A DNA stretch of 64,000 nucleotides from Eledone cirrhosa (taxonomy: Eukaryota): NCBI GenBank assembly GCA_964016885.1, contig OZ024740.1, positions 372,682,001 to 372,746,000 on the forward strand, given 5' to 3'. The translations under genes and the position numbers were made by a program. Position 1 is the first letter of the stretch; the number at the start of each line of letters is the position of its first letter. The notes under the pieces were generated by a model. The model worked only from the letters and a program-made list of their open reading frames with translations. It was not told where the DNA came from and searched no databases. This document shows, piece after piece, positions 25,331-39,255 of the stretch.

Positions 25331-25833
25331 ATCTAGGAGCAGTTTAGGTATGATACATTTTATTACTAATTATATCTAAATGTTTCTACTCTCTTCATAA
25401 TGTATTTTTAACTCTGATACTGGTTCAGTCTAGTTCAACCGGATTGGTCTGTCCCAGTCATTCATTGAACAACATCGGTGAAGTTGGCACCCTTAACTCA
25501 CGGTTGGGTGCGGATGCATTCATGTATATGTGTGTGTCCGCATGTATCTGTGTGTTTCTAAATATATTGTTAATAACTCCCTCTGGTCGAGCAATCTTTG
25601 AAGTGTGGGGACTGCTGGAAAGCTTCCATTACTCATACTTCTCGCCTCCTTCACCACATCTTCTACGGCTTCGATATAAATGCCCCCTCCGCCTCCGTGG
25701 TATTTTCTTCGGGGTTATAAGAGGCTTAGCTCTGTTTCTCGACCGTTATATCGCGTGACTATCTCCCCCTCCGCCTTTTGGGATTCTTTCTCACGTCGTG
25801 TAGACGCGTTCTTGAGACTAGTAAAATGAGGTA

Positions 25834-25923
25834 TCCTCTTGATAAGTCGGCAGACCTCGCAGGGACTCTATATCTTTATGATGTATTGTTTTTCTTTATG
25901 CCACGAAACTACATAGTCGAGGA
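25834..25923 (+). ncRNA. Second copy of the U3-A8 hammerhead
   Basis: Same motif, except stem III reads ACTACATAGT (CpG decay). Predicted cleavage after 25918. Confidence 0.7.
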
Positions 25924-26015
25924 ATCTAGGAGCAGTTTAGGTATGATACATTTTATTACTAATTATATCTAAATGTTTCTTCTCTCTTCATAATGTATAT
26001 ATATATATATGTATA

Positions 26016-26548
<533 letters not shown>

Positions 26549-27433
26549 TGTCTGTTTGTATGTGTGTATAAATGTATATATATGTACATCTTAGTGATCC
26601 TATGCTATGTGTACATATCCGCACACTAAAAATAGTTATTGATTCAATTATTTTTACAAATTTTGGGTTCACAGAGGCCATATTTTATTTATATTCTGGC
26701 AGAAATACTTATCAACTTCCGTCGAACAATATTTAATCTGAAACATTCCATCTAAAACGGCTGTTTATATATAGAAAGTTAGTCTAAGTTGCAATAACAC
26801 GAAAATTTGTAAAGTCCTGGCAGCAAAGTTAAACTTTTCATTCATTCTGATGTAATATTGATATACTCGATTGCTATTCTTATATCTGTTTAATTATGTT
26901 CAACAAACGTTTTTCTTGAATTTACGAAATAATTGTGTTCTCTTGTCTTCTTTATCGGATGTTGGACACAAATTGAAATCTCTTATTCAAACAAAATCAC
27001 TCAATGACTACAATTCCTTTCTTAACGGCACTTATTTTTGGAATAGTTTCAATTCTAAGAACAAATATACGAGAAGATTGCAAGCGACTCCATTAAAAAT
27101 ACTACCTCGGCTTCACTGTGTTATTTAGTTTGATGTTCTGACGTTCGTTTATAAACTTTACCAACACACAATAAAGATTAGTATGAATTGTAAATCTTCC
27201 ATTATGGACGACCGTGACAGAGCATTCAACACGAAGTGAACGAGAATTAAAAAAAGGAAACAACAACTATACTTCATAGCGCGATAGCGTGCGAAGTTAT
27301 AACATTTCCCTGATCATCTCCCTTTGAAAATACTCTTGTATAGATATAAATATAAAGAAAACCCAATAAAAGAATGTAGTCAATACACACTTCCACACAC
27401 TCAAACACACACACATACACACACATATATATT

Positions 27434-27469
<36 letters not shown>

Positions 27470-29096
27470 TTATATATATATGTATATATATTAAATATAT
27501 ATATATACATTATATATATATATATATACATATATGCACCACTGTGTACGTATGTATGTGTGCGTGTCTGTATGTGATTGGTATGTTTCTATTATCGAAA
27601 ATTCTAACATATTTCATGATTTTACTTATTTCTGAAGCCTTCACCAGAAGCACGTTTTATTTGTTAACTTCTGTCCGTGTTATAGTAGGAAAATACTCAT
27701 ATGAAATAAGTATGATTGTAATAATTGAACAAAAAATATTAGAGAAACAAATTGCCTCTTAAATGATAATAACTGAAAATAAATTGATAAAATAATGTGC
27801 GAATAAAGAAATACATAGTGGCAATGTATCTATATTAACGAGGGAAAATTATTGTCCATTATGTGCGGTTACTAAATCTCGTTTGAGGAATTCAATTTGG
27901 TTTTTGAGCAAAGTCAATTGCACTGACAAAAAAAGGAAAGTTATGTCTGTATTTTATAAAATATAGCAAAACGACTTATTTGCATGCACTCATATTCAGA
28001 ACAAAGCGTAGTGGCGACAGTAGGTGTTAGTTCTAAATCATTTTCAACCATATTACACGCAGCAAAAATATAGTTTTCATGCAGTTTAATACTACAAATT
28101 TAGCTTCAGTATATACCTGATTGGTTATATCGCCATCCTAGTAAAGTACAAAAAGCAAACGATATTTATTTCCGATGAAAAGGCTGAACTACTAACATTG
28201 TAGACAAATCTCTCGTAGCTACTTTACTACAGTCCAAAATAAGAAACACGAATAATAGAGAATGTAATTTTGAATAATAGTATAAAGATACGGATGACAT
28301 ATAATTGAATCTAATTTATAATCAGTTCAACAACGGTAGATCTGCATGTTATACATTAGCTCTTTTTCCCAATTACCGGACACAGGTAACACATTCAATA
28401 TATGATGTCGAATTTTAAGGGTTGCTAAATGATATTTGTTCTGCCATATGTCTGTGGCAATACCTGTTTTAGTTTGTCTAGATTTAGGATATGTTCTTTC
28501 AATCAACCATCAATGATGAAATATCGACACATTTTAGATTTCTTTAAATCCTGGATGGAAGTAGCTTCCTTTAAACTGGACGATACAAGAATGTATTTAA
28601 TACGGGTTGTGTTTCCATAGCAAGAATAAACATCCGGTAATAATTTAGCATAAAATATCTAAAAATAGGTACATTAAAACAAATAATAATAGGAATGTTA
28701 CTGTAAAACCATCATTAAATGAAAGTAAAGTTTAATTTTTAATGTGATGTCTTGACAATCCAGTTCCCTGCATTATAGAATATATTAAACACAAATTTGT
28801 AATTATGTATACAAATTAAATCTGAAACACACTGTTTCCGTGCTCATTTAATGCAACGGCATTATAAATGCTATACTGTTTGGCTCTATCTTGATTACAT
28901 CATCAATTTTACATTCTTTCAGCAAATTGGAGGAAGTAAGTAAGCTCCGACAATGCTTTAATGAATGCCGAGATCAGTCGATCTAATCTTTAATCATGAC
29001 TGCTATTTTTGAAACTTTGCCTTAGGTTCTATGTATGGAGCTCTTGAAAAATTAAACACATAGCAAATGAATCTCAAGTACACAGTTTATATATAT

Positions 29097-29156
<60 letters not shown>

Positions 29157-29339
29157 AGTGCGTGGGTGTATGTGTGTGTGTATACATAGATAGATAGATA
29201 TAGTACACACATGTCTATAGCATTATTCACAATAGTATTCGATACTTGGGCTAGTAGAGTCGGTACCACGATTGATGTGCTCTTGCCGTGTCAACAGATA
29301 GTTAATACGGCAAGAGCTGGCCGTCGGGGTCACTGGCTC

Positions 29340-29408
<69 letters not shown>

Positions 29409-29410
<2 letters not shown>

Positions 29411-29612
29411 AACATGTATGAACCCGACAGCAGAGCTCAAGCCGTTTTGAAGGCTATTTTTCTGGACTCCTTGAATCCTGAAATAGCCGTCGAAATGGCT
29501 TGAGCTCTGCCGTCGGGGTCATACATTTTCCTATTATCCACTCTACTACCCTAAGTATTGAGTACTCTGGTGAGTTATGGTCCATCTGGTTCCTTACCAC
29601 AACTCCTTCGTT
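29409..29612 (+). mobile_element. Half-hammerhead family copy with 5' inversion (a smaller piece lies at 29310-29343)
   Basis: Inverted arms around 29461-29480, then AAATAGCCGTC-GAAATGGCTTGAGCTCTGCCGTC-GGGG and the tail TATTGAGTACTCTGGTG...TTCGTTA followed by (TA)n. Confidence 0.7.
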
Positions 29613-32600
29613 ATATATATATATGGGGGAGTGCATGTGCATGTCGGCGTGCGAGTTTGTATGTGAGTGTAAATCTAAAGAAATCACGGAGATATATATA
29701 TTCTCATAAATACATACATAAATACAAGAGAATATGTTTGTTGTCTTACGTCGTCAATATTTACGAAGTGATCTCTTACACAGTCCTTTCTTTTGTTGCC
29801 AGCGTACGCGCTTAACTATATCATTAGGAGACAATAACTATACTGGTTGCTATGCAACCTGAAAATATGTGAAGTTTCATACCCAGTCATGTATATATCG
29901 AAACCCATCTTTAATTAGTAACGTCTGTATATGTGTGTGTATATTTGAGCGTATATGTTGGAGAGTGGGTTTATTTGTTAAGGTGGCAATGATATTCAAA
30001 ACAAAACAACAATAATTGAGAACTCTAAAAAGGATGATATAAAGGGTAAACACATTCTCAGAACTGCAGCTTGATAAAGAAGATTAAAGAGGCCAATGAA
30101 ACAATGTCCGGAATTTAACGAGTGAAAACAGAGAATAGTCCCAAAGAACAGACAGAGAAAATAGTATCATAGAGGGAATGAAAGATCAAAGTTTAATAGA
30201 AATTAGTAAATGGAAAATAATAAAATGACATAAAAATGAACAGATGCAATGGGAAGGAAATGTATATAAATTAACAGCCTTGTAGCATCGAAAAAGGAAA
30301 GAAAATAATAATGAAGCTGCTACAAAGCGTGCATTCTTTGTAAGTCACTTTTGTTTTTTGATCGCATTGAAGAGTCAACAAACGGAGAGGATTAGGCAGT
30401 GAGTCAATACTGCTTACTTCGTTGATTGGTTTATGAAAAGTCAGAATACTGCAAGACGCTAAAGGCTTATCTGGTAGGATTAGGTCAGGAGAGGAGAAGC
30501 GATCGATTTAGTTTTATACTCAACCAACCAATACACACTGAGATATTCACTACGAAGTCAGTCAACTGGAAAAAATCCAAGAATAAAAATTTTAGGATTT
30601 ATTTGTTTAGTTGTAGCAAATTATTGATATTATTTTTGGTTTAATAGTTGCTTTATCTTGGCTGCTCGGGAAAGATGGTATATAGAATTAAAGTAACTTA
30701 ATATGTATGCATGACGAGAAGTAGTTTGACCTTAGATGTTCCTAAGAACACATCGATATGAAGAAATGCTGGTAATTGAGTCTAGATTTTATCTTAAGAA
30801 GAATAATGAAGTAACGTGGTCTCTCTTTACACACACAATTCTTGTCAGCTACAAAAAAATTTTATTTCCATATAAGATATTTTTTATATATATGTGTATT
30901 CAATTACATATTCAATTTTGTATTTTTATTCATATACTGGAATCCGCTATTGTATTTTTATTTTCTCTGATTCAATTATTGGGGAAGCCACAAAACAATA
31001 CACATATGGCTAAATGAATTAAATCAGGTGAAGGTTCGACATATGAAACGAATATTGTACGGGGTCGTGTGTGTAGTAGAAATTGACAAATTGCGATTAT
31101 CTATGATAACCTATGTGATCAGCAAATTAACATAACTTTTAGATACGTACAACATGAATCTGTATTGAGCATGGGCCACCAATTCATCATACCATTAACA
31201 TGCCAAACCGCTTTTTCTTTCGACAGCGTAATAAAACATGTTGAGAAGATATGATTTTATCAGCCACGCATATCATTATGTAGATCATTTTAACCTCTAC
31301 TTCACAACGGAATGGCATCTCTACTATGCACATATATTGATGTTTGTGACGTACCATACAGTTTTCTACATGATTGGATTCATTTTCGTCCTGGACTGCA
31401 GTGGATTATTGCATTATTTGCTGCGTCTTGTAGACGGCAAGCTTTCGATAGCAATACGTATGGTGTGATATTAAATCTCATATTAAACCTCAGATTTGTA
31501 CCTTCATATTCCTCACAGCCTTTGCTCCTATACACGCCAGTTTCTTGTTTACAGCCCTATGTTCTTTGCTCAAACGATGCACTTGTAGAGGAACATTTGC
31601 AGCAATTACTGTAATGTGTATTATTGGATGTGCTATTATTTGTGGGGGTCAATCTGGTAATGGGGCCGTGGGTTCTATTGCTGTCAATAATTATCTGCTA
31701 TGTAGTAGATGCCGTTGCTGCCAGCAGCTTCAATGGCTGTCAAAGAATTGCTGTGTATTTTGGCAACTGTGGTATCATTTGTTATACTTGCCAAGTCTCA
31801 GCTCCAATTTTCCTTTATACAATAATCTTCAACATAGCTGGCACAGTTATGGTCGCGATGGCGGTGTTGCTGATGGCAGTGTTGGTGATGTTGTTGGTGG
31901 ATGTTGCGGTTGTGTTAGTGATGGAGTCGTTAGGTATGACGTTAATGTCACTGATGGAAATTGCTAGAGAGAATTGGGAAAAATATGTTATCTTTTGCTT
32001 TGCTGTCCTAAGATATTGCTTTTTTCTCGATTTTGCTGCTATTTATATCATACCAGACTTCCGTTCACCTTCAGCACTGGGCTGTACCATGGTTTTCATA
32101 TGAAACCCTACATTTGTGTTCGAAGTTTTCATTAAACAATGTTCGGAAAATATGTTATTTTTACCTTTCAGAAATGAATTAAGTGAGGTAGACCTCAAAT
32201 CTCAATCATGCCAGCCATGCGTATCCTTGTTGTACTGGGAACGAAGCTATTTTCTCCTCTAGTCGTCTCGTAATGCTTTTACTGTTATCGGTGGCCTCTG
32301 AAATTCTAGGTTTCCATTTCATTGATTAGAAAATACACATGTCCCGCTTAATTAAATATGTGCTCTACGGAATAAGTTTGTGGATTTCAATGTTCATTAG
32401 AACATGTTTCTCCATATATTACATTCTATCAACTCTTAGTTCACCAACATCTGAATATATGTCAGAAATATCTCGAAGTATCAGGGACATCATCCATCAA
32501 TTTTCTACCGCTGGATATTTCAGCTCCAGTTCATCCGAAGGAAAGCGTGCAAAGAATTCATCAGTCAACTCCCCTTACCTATGGCACAAATAACAGTTGA

Positions 32601-33339
32601 TCTTCAAGCCATGTATTCTCTAGGATTTCGTCGATTGTTCTTGTATGGAGATATGAACACATCCTTAACTATTTGAGAAAAGGAGTGGATAGATTTTATT
32701 CGCTTTGTTGCAAGTTTGTCAAAGAACGCTTTGAACATGTTAGCAATATTCCTTGTGTATAAAAGTTCTTGCATGCTCATCTCGTTTCTACTGCTGAACA
32801 ATATAACACATTCTTTATTTCTAGCAGAACTGCTGCAATTTTTGTTATGTTCAACTATATTTAAAATAAAGTGGCCTTTTTCATTTTGTAAAATATACAT
32901 ATCTACTTGGTCTGCTGTTTGTAATATACACATTTTCATTTTCTTTAATGTTTATTTTCTTTCTGTTTGTCTCATTTTAAGCATGCTGTGTAATTGTTTT
33001 TCAACACAATTTTTCTCGAATGCGAACGGTGCTCCTTCGTTTTTTGCTAGCAAGATTGTACTTCAATAAGCCACGTTAGTATACTAATATTATTGCAGCT
33101 ACTCCAATAAGAACAGCAACATCATCTTTGATAACAACAATGTCAATAATAATAATAATAATCTTCAAACGTAAGCCAATAATAAAATAAGATTTCTCTA
33201 GCATTCGGTTACGAGATAAAGCACGTTAATTAACCTCAAATCAGTCCCTGATTTCAGAGCCACAATATATTGTGTAGGATCATGGTAGTATTAGTGAGGG
33301 TAGGGATTTGGGGATACCAAGGCATTTGATGAAAAACCG

Positions 33340-33390
33340 AAGAAGAAGAAGAAGAAGAAGAAGAAGAAGAAGAAGAAGAAGAAGAAGAAG
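33340..33390. repeat. (GAA)n microsatellite
   Basis: Direct reading. Confidence 0.95.
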
Positions 33391-33559
33391 AGAAAGGGGA
33401 GGAGGAGGACATCAAACTAGAGAAACTAGTATGAATAATAATAGTACAACCTTTTATAATCATACAACATAACAGATAAATAAGAGAAAGTAATAACAAA
33501 GGTCAACAAGGAGAAATTCCATAATAGCCATAGTAGTTATTCGACGCAAACCCACAACA

Positions 33560-34110
33560 TTTGCACTGCAAGCTCCCTTGGCAATAGCACCAAGAAGGAA
33601 GGATACATCACCTGTGGGCATCGCGGAAAGTTACGGCTGTTGGCACAGCCATACGTGTAGGGCTTATCTCGTCAAAGAAATGTCCGTCTTCTAGCACTGT
33701 CATGCTAAGGAATTTTGGAAATTGTCCATAATCCTCGAACTAACAAAAAATCAGGAAGAACATGTTTAGACTGTCCTCATCATCGCCATAGCCGCTCCCC
33801 GGCCATCATCGCTCATTCCATCCACAAAACATCTAAACACCCAAATTGTTGGTTTCCTGCAGCGTATCATGATGTTCAGCGCCTAGCAGCCCCCTATATG
33901 CCTATCACCCAAAACTTGAAGAGCATGTTCTCCAATCAGTGTAGGTGTGTTTAGGGACATGGTACGGCGGGCAGGTGGTAGAATATCACCTAAGCAATGT
34001 AGCAGTTTGCCAGCTTTGCCTGATCATTAATGGGCATCCGTCTTTCTCCCCAATTATGGATGAATTTAGGGACCAGATTATCAAGCTGAGGGAAGGGAAA
34101 AGACCTATTT
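33560..34110 (-). mobile_element. Old L1/Tx1-like ORF2 fragment
   Basis: Minus translation WGERRMPINDQAKLANCYIA*VIFYHLPAVPCP*THLH*LENMLFKFW parallels ANAYIASVNYYLTVVPC...LERLLLKFLW of the 40-kb copy. Confidence 0.65.
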
Positions 34111-34656
34111 TATGAATCCCAGTTCTTTCTGTTACTTTATTTTATCGATCCGGAATGGTCAAAAGCAAAGTTGACCCCGAAGAGATATTGAACTTGGAAT
34201 TTATAATGCCACAACAAATGCTCTAATGACTGGCTTATAAAAAAGGGACATAACGTTGACGACACGTTGCTGGTCCTCATAAAATAATAACGGAGTGTCA
34301 GAAATTCTACTTGGCATGAATAACAACATATGTGTATTGGAGAAATACAGAAAACTGACAACAAAACAAAGCAGTCTGCTCTATGGAGCAGGCGGTGTAG
34401 TATATCATTCAGAAAACAGAACAATTTCGCATTCTAGAATTAGTTGGGTATAGATTAAAGTAAAATTGTGTGTGAAATGGGTGAGAACGAGAATCAAGAA
34501 AGAATCATATTCATAATTATATTATCGGGGCCATAAACGTATCGATGGGGTTGATTGTAACATGTGGTTGTATGCTGTGGGTATGGAGCATGACAGAATT
34601 ATATATTGTAAATTGTAATAGAAGTAATCTATTAATTGTTATATACTACGATTATT

Positions 34657-34698
<42 letters not shown>

Positions 34699-34937
34699 TG
34701 TGTGTGTGTGTGTGAGAGAGAGAGTGAGAGAGGGAGAGAGAAATAGACAACTTTCTTTTTTTTTCTGACTATAGAGAATCCGAACACAACTGCAATACAT
34801 CAAAATTGTAGTACTGTAAAGAAGCGAGAACTAAAAATATTAATAGATGCACTGAACTAGGAATTAAACAGAACATTTTCATTCAACGTTGTTTACCTTG
34901 AATGTTTGTTTTATTAAAAACATATTTGTTAAATACA

Positions 34938-35155
34938 GTGAAGACGTGTGGCTGAGTGGCTAGATAATTGGATTCACAATCATGAGGTTGTGAGTTCTAT
35001 TCCCAGACCGGGTTGATGCGTTATGTCGTCGAGCATGACACTTTGTTTCCCGTTGTTCCTTCTACCTGGAGTTGCAACCGACATATAGTATTATCAAGTG
35101 GAAAGACCAATGGAAACATTGTTTCTTGGGTCCGATTTTGACGAAAGTCGATCGA
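34938..35155 (+). mobile_element. tRNA-derived SINE family B
   Basis: GTGAAGACGTGTGGCTGAGTGG head and 3' end GACGAAAGTCGATCGA shared with two other copies. Confidence 0.85.
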
Positions 35156-38065
35156 CTGTCGATTTGTTAAATCTGAACCGCCTTGTTTGCCTTGAACTTA
35201 CTTTTTAAAACTGAATACTTATGCACGCTTCGCATAGAAAATTCTTGTTAACCGTATATTTCTGTTAACCTCAAGTACTACAATGAATTTCCTCCAGCAT
35301 ATACCAAATACTCCTTCCAAAAATGGTAATGTTGTATATATTTCACAAACCATGAATAACAAAGATTATAACACACGACCTTATATCTCGGACACATGTT
35401 GGATTTTTGCGATTTTTAATGAAGTATTTGTTTTAGTCTTCTAAATAAATAGCCATTTATGTCACACACCGAATGCTATTTAGCTTTACACATTTCAAAG
35501 CAATGCTGATATCATTATCTTTAATGAGTAAGACGAAAACGTTTCCTGCTGTTGAAGACAAGAAACGATTGGAGTAGGATATGGAATCCTAACCACATTT
35601 CAAAGTCCTTAGAAAATCAATAACTCAAATAAGAGATAAGCAACGAATCTCCTGTTAAATTATAGTGTGAAGGATCACTAATGCATGTTTGTATATTTAC
35701 ATAGATATAATTTGTGTAGCTTAAAACATGACCAAAACAATAGTGTTTGATCCTGGAAACAGTAGATATTAGCTATCTGCAAACGGTGATTCTAGTAAAG
35801 TTATTAACATAAACAAAACGTTGTTCAAAAGAAGCATATATATTAGTATTTAACTTCATGCAGCTAAGAAATGTTTGGATTCCACCTTGCTGCAGATCAA
35901 ACACTCTGCACAGATTTCTACATCCGTAAGCAGCGCATTTATCTCTTTTATGTTGTCGAATATACTATTTACGAATTCTACACAGTGAATTATAAAACAT
36001 CCGCCAACCATTCAACCAGACCAGTGCGTTATCATAATATTCGGGCATATTAAATTTTGTTCAGAGAAAATTGATAAAGAAACAATGCCGCTCACCATAT
36101 ACATGTAGCCATTTTCTATATGATTATTCAATTATTTAGGATAGACTGGAAGATTTACTATCCTTATCTCTTTGTTTATATGCATATTAACTATATTTTT
36201 CTCGCTTCTAGATGTTTAAATATTTATTGCTGTCTTATGTTCTACTTATGATATCATATTACTGTTAGTTTTACGCTACTGAATATCATTCTATATCTGG
36301 TAATGACTAGCATTACGTAAACGTTTTAGAAATAATCCCCATACACAAAAAAAAAAAAAATAGAATGGGAAATGATTTCATTTCCATTTTATCTGATTTT
36401 TTAAGAATATCGAATAGATGTTTAATGTATTAACAAACTTCCACTCATGTTCTATTGTTAAACAGAAATGTAATTAGATATAAAAATAGATTTCATTATA
36501 ACCGTCAAAAAAGTACGGATAAAGTAAATAAATTATAATATATTACCAAGTGTAAAAGTAGAAACAAAAATAGCATTTTAAAGGCAAAAACAGTAGAAAA
36601 TGAGGAGTTAATGGTGTGAATGCACTTAGTGTACAATAAGTGAATAAGAGCGTTAACGAACATTAAACAACTGGAATCTATTCTGTACGAAACAGATGCC
36701 CTTGTGTTTACTTGTCATCTTGCGAAGGAATTTAGATTCGGTCTAAAACACATCGGTTTTCTCCAAGTGTCTTATGTCAGAGCATTACGTCTCACAAATT
36801 AGAAATGAAAACCAGATTGGAAACCCAGACGTGGATAGCACTCATGGGATTTCAAGGGTGCAGCAGGCACACATAATTTAAGATACCAGACATGGCTTAC
36901 TGACAAATATATATTTCTCCGGTTATTTCATGGTAATAATAGTTTGATTCAATTAAATAGAATCAAACATATGCATAAAACAATGACACCTGGAATAGAT
37001 TTTGTATAGTTTAATACGAAATCTTCATTTATAGGGTTTGTCACAACTACTATAGCCAGCCAACCAGATACACCTGATCATTTAAAGTATGCAACAAAGA
37101 GATGAAATAAGAAAAGTCGCATTTCATATATAAGCAAATATTCTTGATATGCATATAAAAAATGGAACTGTTTTAGACAACTTATGTACAATGATGTTGC
37201 ATTAGTTAAATCCCCTAAAATTTCTTTTAACATTTCTCGTTTTAAGATACTTCATCTTTATCTAGAAATATTCAAATAGTGAATTGAACGCCGAGGACTT
37301 TAAGCTTTTATTTGATGCCAATATTTATAACATGCAAGACATTCTCAGGCTATGCGGAGTGGAAGCTATGAGAGAAAATGGCATTGAGTATTGAATAAAT
37401 CACTCTTGTTTTATGTTCTACTTCTCTGTTACGAAAGATCATTCGAATTGTTAAAATGTTCTACAATACCTTCTACAAGTCACATTTCTAAAAGCAATGC
37501 AATCATATAAGCATATTTTGCTATAGCTTATTACAAACTCTTGCAGTTTTATTAGATTCTCGAGATCAGTGTCGCGTTTGAATAAGAAGGGCACCCAGAA
37601 TTCTTAGCTTAGAGAAATGTATTATTACATTTCATTGATCCTATTTTGCACGCCAGAAGAATGCTGCTTGATTTTCGAAACGGATCAATAGTGCATATTT
37701 TTATCGATTTTTCTGCAAGTCAGTAAGAATGGATGGATAATATAGGGCCTCAGAAAAAACAAAATGAAACAAAGGAAACAAATAGAAATAAACTATGACA
37801 CACTTACTTGATTAATCCAACAGTTAGTTGTAATAATCTGATCTTTTTCATCCTGAAATAAAGAAAAGAGTAAATGGTTATAAAAGGTTGATTATATGAG
37901 AAAGCGAAAGTTATAAAAATAAGATCAATATTTTCGAAAATTATGATGTACCTAAATCAACAATTTAAGAAAACAATTTAACATGAGTGAATATATTTGA
38001 ATGATTGCAAAGAGGAAAACAACATCAATATAAAAATAATAGCGTTAAAAATAACCCCCAAAATA

Positions 38066-38094
38066 TTACTACTACTACTACTACGACGACAATG

Positions 38095-38134
<40 letters not shown>
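38066..38134. repeat. (ACT)n microsatellite
   Basis: Direct reading. Confidence 0.95.
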
Positions 38135-39071
38135 ATATTATGATGATCGTGGTAATATTTGTTGCGTTGATGATAAATAAGATGTTGATGATGATGATGA
38201 TGATACTTTCTATAAAAGCTATAAGAATGGGTAGTTGATTATATCTTTTCTTAAACTATTCAGTATAAATAGAAATGTAAATGTTCCTGAAATATTTTAT
38301 TCTATAATATAAAACATATACTGGTATTTAATTTCTTGCGTCTTAAATATAAAGTAGCTATGTACACACATCTCTTTTCCCCGTCGATGACTATTATGTA
38401 TATATATATGTATATATATACACATATTCCCTCCCCATATATATATATATACGTATATATCAAATATCTCCGTTTGTTTATATGCATATGTACATATATA
38501 CCTTATCATATTTAATTGAAATATTAAATCTTAGGAAAAGCAAGTAGTATCTGAATTAACAACGTTAAGACTTGCAATTTCTACAGAGTTATAGGAAAAC
38601 ATAAATAAATAAAATTAATTAATTCAATTTCGTTGAATGATTAATCCTTTTGTTAGATACTTATAGCAATTGACACATCCTACGGAATGAAAATTGTTCT
38701 TTACAAATATTTCGTAACATTGAATACTTAATATCAGCCATAGGGCATTATTTGGGTTATACCATTTATTGAAAGAATAAGTTAACTCAGGAAAGGAATA
38801 ATATATAGAAATATATTTTTTCTTTGCTAGGGGAGATGCAGGAAAAGAACGAAAAAGAAGACACGGTAAGTGTTTAGCAGAATAATTAAATTAAAAATGT
38901 TATTCAAATATTTTTTCTTATATTTTATTTGTTAGCGTTTGCTATTGCTTTCAAATTTTGAATAGAAATAAATTGGCTACTGCTTATAAAAATCAATGCT
39001 TTCCAGATGTTAGCCTACTACTACTACTACTACTACTAATAATAATAATAATAATGATAATAATACATAAT

Positions 39072-39244
39072 TGTTTCTATGTTTGGCACATTATCCAGTG
39101 AATTACTGGTACTTTATTTTATCGACACCGTAAGGATGAAAGGCAGAGTTAACCTCGGCGGGATTTGAACTCAGAATGGCAAGGGCCGTAACTCTATACG
39201 TCAAAGCATGGCGTCCGACCCTCTACCGAAACTGCCAATCCACC
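39072..39244 (-). mobile_element. tRNA-derived SINE family A inserted in the LINE tail
   Basis: Reverse copy with an 11-bp TSD TAATACATAAT (39061-71, 39245-55). Confidence 0.9.
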
Positions 39245-39255
39245 TAATACATAAT

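Larger units (their letters stand above)
25172..25997 (+). mobile_element. Retrozyme-like non-coding element with ~235-bp direct terminal repeats, each carrying an HHR (593-bp period)
   Basis: 25172-25405 and 25765-25997 are nearly identical. The internal ~360 bp has no credible ORF. HHRs at 25241-25330 and 25834-25923. It is inserted in a TA-rich microsatellite. Confidence 0.85.

Noticed and set aside
25185-25972. Duplicated 64-aa ORFs and an internal 104-aa ORF
   Set aside because: They have TTG starts and no recognisable motifs. The duplication simply reflects the terminal repeats.
31545-32103. Plus-strand 140-159 aa ORFs resembling membrane or Cys-rich proteins
   Set aside because: They are antisense readings of an ACC/AAC-rich low-complexity tract with no domain or splice support.
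34938-35010. tRNA-like sequences with A and B boxes, also in other SINE heads
   Set aside because: They continue into shared SINE bodies and have no complete cloverleaf, so they are not tRNA genes.
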